Assembly: GCA_951406725.2 (NCBI GenBank)
Contig: OX597814.1
Location: forward strand, 15,190,001 to 15,254,000
Length of the DNA stretch: 64,000 nt
Source: Octopus vulgaris
Taxonomy: Eukaryota
Direction of reading: 5' to 3'
Shown in pieces: positions 42,501-53,798 of this stretch. The notes beneath the pieces were generated by a model. That model worked only from the letters and a program-made list of their open reading frames with translations. It had not been told where the DNA came from and searched no databases. The translations under genes and the position numbers were made by a program. Numbering within the stretch: position 1 is the first letter of the stretch; every line of letters starts with the position of its first letter.

Positions 42501-44314
42501 AAGAGTATTTAATAGTGATTGATTAATTACGACCGGCTAGAGTATTTTAAATCGTGAATATTGATAGGAATCTAAACTTTAAATAATTTTCCAATTAATT
42601 TTCATGGCGATACAATCATGGATTAAAAATTTTCAATATCTGCTTTAACTTGATAATTGAATTATACACATTGGTGATGCTATAAATTATGAGCGCCTTC
42701 CTTTTAAATTCGTTAACGTTTCCTCTCAAGTTTTATTCTCTCTTTTCAACTCGGAGGGCGGTTTGATTTACTTGAGAATTATTAGTGTATGTCATTAATA
42801 CATCTTATTTATCTAAATTCCTACTATTGGCCACCTTGAATTATTCACATTAAATCATCTTGTTTCTAACAATCAAATATTAACTCTTCCTATTCCTAGC
42901 AATGGTGCATGTATAGTTATTATTTTCCATCAGTCATGTCATTACACATCACTTTAGATTACACGATGCTGGCTCATTCTTCTTGCTGAGGCTTTACACA
43001 TATTCTTCTAATTTAGGAAAGAGACTAGAAAATTTGATGGACACTTGTACTTGAAGGGTTCTTTATATTATTGCTCCGGAAAAGATAAGATCTAAAATTT
43101 CCTTCAGGGGAATTTGAACTCAGAGTGTAAAGACAAAGAACGAATGCCGATAGGAAATTTTCTCCAAAGTCCTATCGATGCTAGAAGACCGCCACCTTGA
43201 AGCTTTACATTATGAAATAATCAATATAAAATACATTTATTATATAACATTAAAATTGATTCTTATGTAGACACAACGCTAAATATTGGAGAAAAGAATA
43301 TGAATGATGAGCCGAATAGAGTACTTGAATGTTACATATTTCCTCGATTGCAGAAGGAAGCAAAAATTTTAACACAGGTAGGTTACAAAGGATGGGAAGA
43401 TATGTATGAAAATGAAGCGCAGCATTTATATCGTGCTTCACCACTATTACTATGTAATTCTTTCTATTGTAGGAACAAGGCCTCATGTTTTCGGAGAATT
43501 AATTAAATAACAGGTGGCATTTTGTCCGGCATTCTGCCGAACTACGAATTATATAAAACATATGATGTTTTGTTTATATTCTTTGAATGTAACTACAGAC
43601 CGCATTCATTTATATACATTTAAATGGTAATGGCTATGTTTTCGAGCATATTTCTGCACAACAGGTAATTGTGTAAAGGAACCTTGTTCCGCATTAGTGA
43701 TTATCTTCGATATTTAACTAAAATACGAGGAATGTTTTGTAACAATAACATACGCATGATTACAGGTATTCTAAGCCTTTGAAAATCGAAACAATGCAAT
43801 AAGGTTGGGATTTAACAACGTATAAATCACATTCTATTTAACCACATTCCTTCGCGAGGACAGCTTTTCTTCAACTGTCATTTTATATTTTATGTCTCTA
43901 CTGAATGATGTCTCTACAGAATTCCTTTTTTCTCCTTCCATTTCTGTATGAACGATTCCCTTTCTATACTTTCTCTCCGCTGCTCTAAGCAATTATCTTT
44001 TCCTAAATCGTTGTACCCGTGTTACAATTTGCATATCTATTGTTTCCATTTTTATGATTTATTCTCCACGTAGTTTTATCTTTGCATTCCTGTTTTCCCG
44101 CAGTTTGCTATACAAGAGATCTTGTTTACTTTCAGATAATTAACTGCCTATACAACCATAAATGAACGAAATATTGGACATAAAATACCTGCACCGATAA
44201 AAATATTAGGATAACACTTCAATTTTCACTTACCAAAGTCCAATACCTTTTACCGTGCTTGTTTATGCAAAGAATGTAAATACACAGAACTTGCGTCACC
44301 CTTGTAGCAAATAA

Positions 44315-44638
44315 TCGAGCAAATCGACCCCGGGACTTATTCTTTGTAAGTCCAGTACTTATTCTATCGGTCTCTTTTGCCGAACCGCTAAGTGACGGGG
44401 ACGTAAACACACCAGCCTCGGTTGTCAAGCAATGCTAGGGGGACAAACACACACACACAAACACATATACACATATACGACAGGCTTCTTTCAGTTTCCG
44501 TCTACCAAATCCACTCACAAGGCATTGGTCGGCCCGGGGCTATAGCAGAAGACACTTGCCCAAGATGCCACGCAGTGGGACTGAACCCGGAACCTTGTGG
44601 TTGGTTAGCAAGCTACTTACCACACAGCCACTCCTGCG
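44315..44638 (-). mobile_element. SINE family A copy
   Basis: Reverse complement of the 38838 copy, slightly 3' truncated. Confidence 0.88.
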
Positions 44639-44947
44639 TTTATACGTATTTTTATCACAAAAGTTGAAGTTCAAGGAATATGTGTCAAACGTAGGTGCCG
44701 TTATCAAACCTAGGTGGTATGTTCTTAACCGAAACTGCCTAACGTACCTTATTTGCTTTTATTCTTCAATTTAGCAGTTTATGAAATCATAAATGTTTTA
44801 TACAGGCACTTTGTGTACTTAGTCGAGTGTCTGTTAAATTTTCTACTCACCTTGTCTCTGTGTAATGTTGTTCTACATCCCCGCGAGTATTAGGTATCCA
44901 CTTTGTTAAACGACTAACGTATGTATGAACGGCATCTGTAAAAGATA

Positions 44948-45000
44948 TTATCATTACTATTATCATCATCATCATCATCATCATCAACATCATCATCATG

Positions 45001-45044
<44 letters not shown>

Positions 45045-45096
45045 TATTATTATTATTATTGTTATTGTTGTTGTTGTTATTGTCGTTATTGTTATT
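44948..45096. repeat. (ATC)n-(ATT)n-(GTT)n compound microsatellite
   Basis: Directly visible. Confidence 0.95.
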
Positions 45097-45934
45097 AAGT
45101 GGATGAAGTGACAGAATGATTAGCAGGCCGGAGTATTACGTAGCAGCATTTCATCTAAATCAAGACTGTAAGTTAAAGTTCATTTCAGACTTGATAAACT
45201 GAAGTACCATTGGAAACTTAATACAATCAGGTAATCTCTTCCGCAAGTTTCGTTCCTCAGGCCAATATCGGAAACATATATTAAGAACGATGCTAAGGAA
45301 GAACTTGTTACTGTCTCGGAAAACTCAGATACGGTTTTCATTCAAGTACATTACATTTTGAATTCAAATTCAACCGAAGTTAGAGTTATCTTTCTTACAT
45401 CTGGAATCGATAAACAAAATACCAGACTAGTGTCGGGGGTTTTGTAATTTGTTAGTTTGGTGTGACACCTCTACAACTCTTCTCGAAATATGAGAATTTA
45501 TATCTATGTACTAAATTAATATTTTTATTGTTGCAATTCATAGGCAAAAGGTATGCCTAGAAGCCGATTGTCTTATCTTAAAAGCTATTCTCTCAAAAGA
45601 AAATTCGGTATGCTTAATAAATTTCGTTACTATGAGATTAACGAGGAACAAGTGAAGTAATTGTAGTAGGTGTTTGCTATATGTGAAAAATTGACTTATG
45701 GTTTTCTGTCGGGTTTCCGTATAACTACAGATAAAAGGGTTATGAGTCATAAAATACTGAGAACTAAATCTTTGGATTAGTACAGTAAGTAAAATTGAAA
45801 ATATTCTGTGTAATAGAATCATTTATCAAAATGACACTAGTATGAGTAATGCTCCACAACATTGGTAGGAAGAGTGTCAATACAAAACATGAATTAATAT
45901 TAGTATTATTAAATATTCATTAAAAAATAATATA

Positions 45935-46094
45935 AGGAGTGGCTGTGTGGTAAGTAGCTTGCTAACCAACCACATGGTTCAGGGTTCAGTCCCACTGCGT
46001 GGCAACTTGGGCGAGTGTCTTCTGCTATAGCCCCGGGCCGACCAATGCCTTGTGAGTGGATTTGGTAGACGGAAACTGAAAGAAGCCTGTCGTA

Positions 46095-46137
<43 letters not shown>

Positions 46138-46489
46138 GGTGAATTGAAGAAATGGAGCTGAACGCAGATTGAACAGAAATCGTTTTATTTCATTCTACAC
46201 GTGTTTCGAAAGGCACAAATTACCAAAATCCGATTGAATAATTTGGTAATTTGTGCCTTTCGAAACACGTGTAGAATGAAATAAAACGATTTCTGTTCAA
46301 TCTGCGTTCAGCTCCATTTCTTCAATTCACCAATAATATTTTAATTTCAATTATCCGCACCAACGCACGGTTGCAACACCATATGGTTGTACCTCCAACC
46401 GTGCTGTTTACTGCTGTGATTTTTGCTACTAAGGTATCGGTTAAACTTTTGATTAATCTACTACAAGATTATTCATCTTTCTATTTCAC

Positions 46490-46548
<59 letters not shown>

Positions 46549-46765
46549 ATGTGTTTGTGTGTCTATGTTTGTCCCCCTAGCATTGCTTGACAACTGATGC
46601 TGGTGTGTTTATGTCCCGACACTTAGCGGTTCGGCAAAAGAGACCGATAGAATAAGTAATGGGCTTACAAAGAATAAGTCCCGGGGTCGATTTGCTCGAC
46701 TAAAAGGCGGTGCTCCAGCATGGCCGCAGTCAAATGACTGAAACAAGTAAAAGAGTAAAAGAGTA
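45935..46765 (+). mobile_element. SINE family A copy interrupted by the fold-back element
   Basis: The head 45935-46095 and tail 46540-46765 are colinear with 38838-39244. Confidence 0.88.
46135..46493 (+). mobile_element. Fold-back element (perfect 93 bp arms, 14 nt loop, ~160 bp tail) inserted in the (TA)n of a SINE
   Basis: 46135-46227 is the exact reverse complement of 46242-46334. It contains the hammerhead 3' half CGAAAC ACGT GTA and is flanked by (TA)n on both sides inside the SINE at 45935-46765. Confidence 0.85.
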
Positions 46766-47924
46766 ATAAGAAAACGTGAACAAAGGCTTTACAATGTATT
46801 CGTTTGATTAGTTAGAAATAGCGAACAAATATCTCTGGAATCAAATATTTCCGTATTTAAAATGGAAAAATGCAATGGATTGTACAGTCCGAGATACTGA
46901 AGCTCAAAGGCTCTGATTCATCGTTCATCTTGATCAATGCTAATCTAAGATAAACACCAGCGCCATCAACAACGAGAATAACAATAATATTACCAATAAT
47001 GAACTGTAGTGGAACCTGTGACAGTAAAAATGGATGTGCATGTTCGTTGTTTGCGTAAATATAATGGCTGAGAAGTAGCAAAGGCAAAAAGTATTGATAA
47101 AAGGAATGAGGAAAATATATAACTTAGCCCAAATAGAATATATCAACCTTGGTAACATACAGTTGTTTCGTTTATTTCTTCTTTTGTTTCAGCGTTGTTC
47201 AAGCTTATAAATACGTAATGAGGACATAAAGAACAAAAGCTAATACATGTTTTGTTTTCTTGATATTTCCCTTCAACAGCGATTACGGTATTGTTATTGG
47301 AAATCAGATTAAGTGATTTTTAGTTCCAATACAAATATTCGTTGAAGCATTTATGACATAAATGGCAGAAAATTTTGCCGAGTCGCATATGATTTGCGAG
47401 ATTAGAAGGAATATAAATTATCAAATATATCACGTTCAGTAAAGCCAGTTAATATCGGAAATAGTTATATGATTTCACCGACGTGGGAAACCATAACATT
47501 GATAGGGTTAAAAGTTTGTTTAAAGTATTACAAATAAGCCACCATTAATGCCATACGCTGTAGGAATAGTGATCAAGGCTAGCAGAAATCTTACAATTTG
47601 GTTTTATGTTGAAATAAACAGGTTTTATAAAGGCACTGACCTTTTCATTAGTTATTAAAACCAGCTACTTGCTACTCACACATATATGTGTACACACGCA
47701 TACACCTTACTCTCACACACATGCATATGTATTTATATAATACATATAGATGTATACCAGATGCTGTAACACATTACTGGTCTCAGTGAACTTTGCATTG
47801 TTTTATCCATCAAATGACGCCACACCACTGACTAGGCGAGCAGGCCAAACTCCCCCTATCATTGAAAGGCGTGCCCGGTCTGGGAGTTGAAGCGACCACC
47901 TAACGGTCGTGCCTTCATATGTAT

Positions 47925-48599
47925 ATATATATATATAAAACTGAAATGCGTTTTACCGCTTGGATCGCTTTCAATGCCACTACATCCCGTCCGATTCGCT
48001 CCAAAATTTACAGGGACATGTAGAATGAGGTGACGATGCTCATAGGCTACCTTAGAAATCCTTATCTTAAAAGGTGTGGTTGCTAGGGGCCATCTTCCTC
48101 ACTCACGCTATTTCCTCCAATATCCTCTCACTCCTCTTCATATATAACTTTGACACTGTCCACTACCGTTATTTAAAGTATCTGTTACTCTCGCTATTTC
48201 CTCTCTTTTTCACTGACTCTTTTCAAATCATCATCATCGTTTAACGTCCGTTTTCCGTGCTAGCACGGGTTGGACAGTGTGACCGGGGTCTGGGAAGCCA
48301 GGAGGCTACACCAGGCTCCAGTCTGATCTGGCAGTGTTTCTACAGGTGGATGACCTTCCTAACGCCAACCACTCTGTGAGTGTAGTGGGTGCTTTTTTCG
48401 TGCCGCCGGCACAGGTGCCAGGGGGGCTCGTAGTGGCAACGATCGGTTAGTGCTTTTTACGTGCCACCGGCACAGAAGCAAGTCAAGGCGGCGCTGCAAT
48501 CGGCCACGTTCGGATGGTGCTTTTTACGTGCTGAAAGGAAGCAACAGAAAGTAACAACCACACTCTTACCCGCGCGTAGAGCGGATCACCTTTAGCTAG
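47925..48599 (+). mobile_element. Probable non-autonomous Helitron with a nested retroelement fragment (48228-48530)
   Basis: Starts with ATATATAAAACTG and ends with CCCGCGCGTAGAGCGG...CTAG|T. A GC-rich insert starting with (CAT)n contains internal GGTGCTTTTTACGTG repeats. Confidence 0.55.
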
Positions 48600-48655
<56 letters not shown>

Positions 48656-48658
<3 letters not shown>

Positions 48659-48847
48659 AGAGTTTACGAAAAAAAACAAAAGACGAAGACAGGTGGTGTA
48701 GAAAACAAACAGTTGTATTAGTATAACGCTCAGGAATAGAAAAAGTCTTTTACTTTTCGAGCCTACGCTCTTCTACAGAAAGGTACACAGAAAAAAACAA
48801 GGAGAGGAAAAAATGTGTGTAGTGGCTAACGATCTATCATGGCGACT
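48656..48847 (-). mobile_element. Family H1 element, copy 3
   Basis: Reverse complement CTTT CTGTAGA AGAGC GTAG GCTC GAAAA GTA AAAG. (TA)n on both sides. Confidence 0.75.
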
Positions 48848-48867
48848 GATATATATATATATATATA

Positions 48868-49077
48868 ACGGGAAGCTTTATGAAAATAAACAAAAGACGA
48901 AGGCAGGTGGAAAACAAACGAACAATTGTATTAGTATGGCGCTCAGGAAATATAAATAAAACAAGTCTTTAACGTTTCGAGCCTACGCTCTTCAACAGAA
49001 AGATACACAGAGAGAGAAAAACACAGAAAGAGGAGAGAAAAAAAATGCGTGCAGTAGCTAACGAATCAACATGGCGA
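48868..49077 (-). mobile_element. Family H1 element, copy 4 (best-preserved ribozyme)
   Basis: Reverse complement TCTTT CTGTTGA A GAGC GTAG GCTC GAAAC GTT AAAGA at 48966-49003. (TA)n on both sides, in tandem with copy 3. Confidence 0.78.
48966..49003 (-). ncRNA. Minimal type I hammerhead ribozyme-like motif, A6U variant
   Basis: Stem I UCUUU/AAAGA, core CUGUUGA, stem II GAGC-GUAG-GCUC, GAAAC, palindromic AACGUU stem III, GUU triplet. Confidence 0.6.
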
Positions 49078-49603
49078 TTTATATATATATATAAACATAT
49101 GTTATAATTATAAACAGGGCCAATTCTCTGCATGGATTTTCAAACCATATTGGTTTCTCATCAGGGGCATCCACATCACACTAACACACTCCAGAGAAAG
49201 AATCAACCAATCTGTTTATATAATCAACAAATGCAGCAGTTATTCTGTGAAGGTGTCTCTAATTTGCATACCGAAAATGTTTAACACTATAAATACCAGC
49301 AACGTGTCAACGGCGATCTTAGTTCACACAGTATTAAGGTATGATGCAAATATGTAACTTATGGTATAATACCTATATATATATATATATATATAAGAGG
49401 TAATGGTGTCATTGAGAACCAAATTTGTCAAGTAATGCAGAATAAGTGCTATAGATAGACAGTAGTTAAGTTCCAGATTCGGTGAGTTTGTGAATAAGGG
49501 GTTCAACGTTGATCATATGTCAGCGTGTGTATATAAGAACTTTTTGCGTAATGAGATAAAAAAACCCAGGCTGTGTAGGTATTAGAACATTTATAGATAG
49601 AAG

Positions 49604-49655
49604 GCCTTGCAGCTGTTTCCAGGATATTTATTAGTTATATCCCTTCATCAGAGAC
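49604..49655 (-). ncRNA. Type I hammerhead ribozyme motif (cleavage triplet mutated to GCA)
   Basis: Reverse complement GTCT CTGATGA A GGGATAT aactaataa ATATCCT G GAAAC AGCT GCA AGGC. Canonical core, 7 bp stem II, near-palindromic stem III, stem I GUCU/AGGC. Confidence 0.7.
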
Positions 49656-49903
49656 GGTGTGGGGGGATAGTTAAATCATAGTTAGTTTAGATGTGATGCA
49701 AAATAGAGAGTGAGGTGGAGGAATGAAAATAGATGTGAGATATGTAGGGATATTGAATTTGTAGATCCTTAAATACTTTTGGAATTTCTTATATATACAC
49801 ATATATATATATATGCATGTATGTATATATATGTATGTATGTATATATATATATATGTATATATGTATATATATATATGTATGTATGTATATTTATATAT
49901 GTA

Positions 49904-49956
<53 letters not shown>

Positions 49957-49957
<1 letters not shown>

Positions 49958-50145
49958 GGGAGAATTCACTAAAAGAAAAAAACAAAAGACGAAGGCAGGT
50001 GGTGTAGACAGCAAACAGATGTATCAGTTTAACGCTCGGGAAGTAAAAAAGTCTTTAACGTTTCGAGGCTATGGTCTTTGACAGAAAGGAACACAGAAAG
50101 AAACAAGGAGAGAAAATAAAGAATGTGTAGTGGCTAGCGATATCT
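49957..50145 (-). mobile_element. Family H1 element, copy 5 (degenerate)
   Basis: Reverse complement CTTT CTGTCAA AGACC ATAG CCTC GAAAC GTT AAAG. Flanked by TA-rich tracts. Confidence 0.72.
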
Positions 50146-50160
50146 ATCTATCTATCTATA

Positions 50161-50192
<32 letters not shown>

Positions 50193-50195
50193 AAA

Positions 50196-50577
50196 TATTA
50201 GGGAATAAATCCAAATTTACAAGGAAAAATCAGATTTAAGATTGAATCCAATTTTATAATAAAATATTATATTATAATAAATTAGAGACAAAACCACCAT
50301 TATGCAAATTAATCAAAGAAAGACTTAAGCCAATACATAAAAAATAAAATAATTTATATAAATTAAAATTTAACAAATGAATAACCACTACGAAGTTTAT
50401 AACTCGCTAAGAAGGTTTAGAAACCACCTGAAGAATGTCTAAGATGTGCTGACACGAAACGATCGTAGTGGTTATTCATTTGTTAAATTTTAATTTATAT
50501 AAATTATTTTATTTTTTATGTATTGGCTTAAGTCTTTCTTTGATTAATTTGCATAATAGTGGTTTTGTCTCTAATTT

Positions 50578-50585
<8 letters not shown>
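50196..50585. mobile_element. Fold-back hammerhead element (family H2) in (TA)n with 123 bp inverted arms
   Basis: 50271-50393 and 50463-50585 are reverse complements with one mismatch. 50196-50270 continues as the reverse complement of the 55930-56003 family tail. Confidence 0.8.
50422..50473 (+). ncRNA. Type I hammerhead ribozyme motif, apparently intact
   Basis: AACCAC CTGAAGA A TGTC taagatgtgct GACA C GAAAC GATC GTA GTGGTT. Perfect 6 bp stem I, palindromic ACGAUCGU stem III, GUA triplet. Confidence 0.82.
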
Positions 50586-50624
<39 letters not shown>

Positions 50625-50627
50625 GAT

Positions 50628-50923
50628 ATAAAAAGCAACTAAGTAACAAGGATGCCCGGGTATTAATGCATTAAGGCCGTTTCAAAGGGTTCCAATTCAT
50701 AGATCAATGCAAGCATTACATCAGTTTAAAATAACCCGGCTTCCTCGGATGCATAGGACCATATAGGCTTTCAACGCACAGGATACTCCATTATAGTTTT
50801 TTTAGCAAAATTTTCATCAGAACTAGAAAATAAATGGATTACATTGATCGATTGGATGGAACCGCTTGAATTGACTGAAATGCACTAATACCTGCACATC
50901 CTCGTTCCTTATTTGCCTTTTAT
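50628..50923. repeat. Diverged inverted repeat next to (TA)n
   Basis: ATAAAAAGCAACTAAGTAACAAGGATGCCCGGGTATTAATGCATT (50628-50672) matches the reverse complement of 50879-50923. Similarity extends inward (GGTTCCA...GATCAATG). Confidence 0.6.
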
Positions 50924-51257
50924 TCACTTGTGTTTCTGGCTCAATAGCTTCATCAGAAAAACAATTGCCTTAGATTATCTTTAGGAGCTAAATGCCCCAA
51001 AGTTATTCATGATTTTAACAGTGGAATTTCAAGTGGACAAAGCGGATTTTTAAATAGTCCAAAGTGGTTTCGTAATCCAATATTTACACGCTATTGTTTC
51101 TAAATTCTTGAGACGTAAACTATCTATTTTCACTCTCACTCGAAAACGCATATGTGTATATATCCATGCATACATATAAACATAAACATATTCACATGCA
51201 TATATACGTGTGTGTGTGTATATTCATGTAGAAATTCAGGCGCAGGATCCTTAAGTG

Positions 51258-52068
51258 CACGAATGGTATCAAAACGTTCCCAAACCAACTCTGTAGTGCA
51301 CTAGCAGATGACAGCACACGCCTGCTAATGCAGTGAGAACTAGCAGTGACCTTCGCTGTGTTTTCTTCACATGTGAAATTTCTGTTTTTGTAATCATGTG
51401 TATGCTGTAGTCTGTGGTTTTGTCATGGACAGGAACAAAGAGCCAACGTGAAATTTTGCATTAAACTTGGGAAGTCTCATACAGAGACATTGACAAGCCC
51501 ATGGCGTCGAGGCAATGTGTCGTACGTAATGTTTCGAGTGACACGAGCACCTCAAAAGCGGAAGGACATCTTTGGAAGACGATGAGAAATCTGGAAGACT
51601 TGCCACGGGAATCACCCCCTATCGAAATGTGCTATTGTGAATTCGCCCCTATGGCCAGCCGTCAATCTAGAGTTTTACGGACATGTTTTGAAGCTTTTGA
51701 GGGAGGAAATTCGGCGAAAGCGACCAGATATATGGGGCACGAAGAATTGGATTCGTCACCGAACTCTCCTCGCTCGTGATTTTCTCGCCAAAATCAACAT
51801 GGTGCCGATTCGGCACCAGTCCTATTCACCAGACTTGGCACTGGCCGACTTCCATCTCTTCAAGATAAAAATACAGCTCAGAAGTCGCTATTTTCGAGAT
51901 CCAGAGCGAATCGTAGTAGGTTCTAGACTCGCTTACGGAAAACGAATGCCAGGCCAGATTCCAAAATTGGTAGGAGCGCTGGACCGGTTTATTGCTGCGA
52001 AAAGTATCTATTTCGAAGGAGATGATGTTAAAACCTAGCAAAATAGGTTATTCTGATACCACCTCATA
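51258..52068 (+). mobile_element. Decayed, internally deleted mariner
   Basis: IRRKRPDIW, HQSYSPDLALADFHLF and IYFEGD motifs, an N-terminal HTH-like remnant, and GGTATCA / TGATACC TIR remnants. Confidence 0.8.
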
Positions 52069-53019
52069 AATATTTCCAAATCCCATTAATGGTTTTAATT
52101 TCAGAACAATAATGCAGTCTACACCTTTAATTACAACGTAAAGATAATCATGCAATTGTCAACATGATAGTAATCTTTCAAAACTTCTAATATAATACAC
52201 GAAAATCAAATGAGATAATAACATTTTAAGAGATATAAAGATATAATCGGGGATATATTATTAGATTAAGTGATAATGACTTCAAAATTCGTTTCAGCTT
52301 TATTCTGTTCATTCATTATTTTGTTCTAGAAACCGGAAAATTACATGTCTCACATTCATTTCCAATGATACTTGAAAATTATTATTTTTTTATGGAAAAC
52401 AAAAGTTGTTCATATTTACACTAAAAACTGTCGAGCGAGAACTTTTATTATTTGAAAACATCTACAGATTAAACATACGATCAGAGAAACCAAAGCACTG
52501 TAGGTTAATTTCATTGTTGATATATACACATACGTTTCAAATTACTCATACTAGTAACTAATTCTACACAATAGAAAATTGAGAACACTGAGAATAGAAT
52601 AGCAAAGCCTAGGTAAAATTTTATGCACAGGCAAGTGTCAACGTTTTTAGATTTTCAGAGAAATATTGACGTTTATTTTCGTATATACATGTACATGTCC
52701 ATATATCACCACTATTGTCGGGTATAATTTCCTGTAAGCGTTAAACCTAAACAGCTCAGCTTGGTTTCAAATTTGTCAAAACGACAGTAATATCGGGGAA
52801 GTATTTAAGTCAATTTCCTCGATTCCAATGTTCAGCTGGTACTTATGTTGTTGAACACGAAAGGAGGAAAAGCAGAGTCGACCTGGGCCAAATTTGAATT
52901 CAGAATTTAAATACTGAAGAAATAGCACTAAACTTTGCGCCCGTTTGGTAACGCTTTTGCCCAGCTCAACGCCTTAAACAACTATTTTTATTGTTATTTA
53001 ATGATTACTTTATTGAGAA

Positions 53020-53405
53020 CTAGCAGTATCGCCCGGCGTTACTCAGGTTTGTAAGGGAAATAACTATATAAGCATTTTTAGAGAGTTATAGCCCAAAAAT
53101 AGAAAAAAGTGCATTAAAAATGGAAAAAAAATTATGGTAATTTTTTTTTTAAATCGTTGACTCATCGTAGACATTTTTAGAGAGTTACTTCCCTTATATA
53201 ATAGCGAAAAAATGCATTAAAATGGAAAAAAATGATGGTAAATTTTTTTTTAAATCGTAGGCGCGCGCTAATACCCAGAAGGGCTCGATATGAATCACGG
53301 CTATAAGATACCCGGTTTTGGTTAAACTGCACCGCAAAATGTGGGAGTAGTTAGGAATCTAAATCGTAGGAGACAGACACACAACTTGACTTTTATATAT
53401 AAAGA
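53020..53405 (-). mobile_element. Non-autonomous Helitron (same 3' end as 10618-11000)
   Basis: Minus strand A|TCTTTATATATAAAAG ... AACGCCGGGCGATACTGCTAG|T, with an internal ~95 bp duplication (CATTTTTAGAGAGTTA...GCATTAAAA). Confidence 0.75.
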
Positions 53406-53757
53406 TTTTTTATTTCAAACTATCAATCAGTGACCGCTATGATATTTTGATACTTTTCACTCTATGGTTATTATATTACGAATTTTATATTTCATTTACT
53501 GTAATTGGCAAACGTTCCAGAATGAGAAACTGAGAAACAAAACAAATCTTAGTTTTAGCTTTGTGTGAATTATATGATTCTACTTTGAATAATGAAAAAT
53601 CTCCCTTTTCTATGCCTTGTTTACAAGTACGTATAACAAACATTTACAACCCACACACACACACACACAAACAGACCGCGCCCGTACACACCACCTGTTT
53701 ATATGCAAATGTACTTGATGACATGAAACACGTGATCACATGTGTGTGTATGGTGTG

Positions 53758-53798
<41 letters not shown>

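Noticed and set aside
48600-50620. Repeat-spacer alternation superficially like a CRISPR array
   Set aside because: The repeats are variable-length (TA)n, the spacers are 200-400 bp mobile cassettes, the context is eukaryotic and there are no cas genes.
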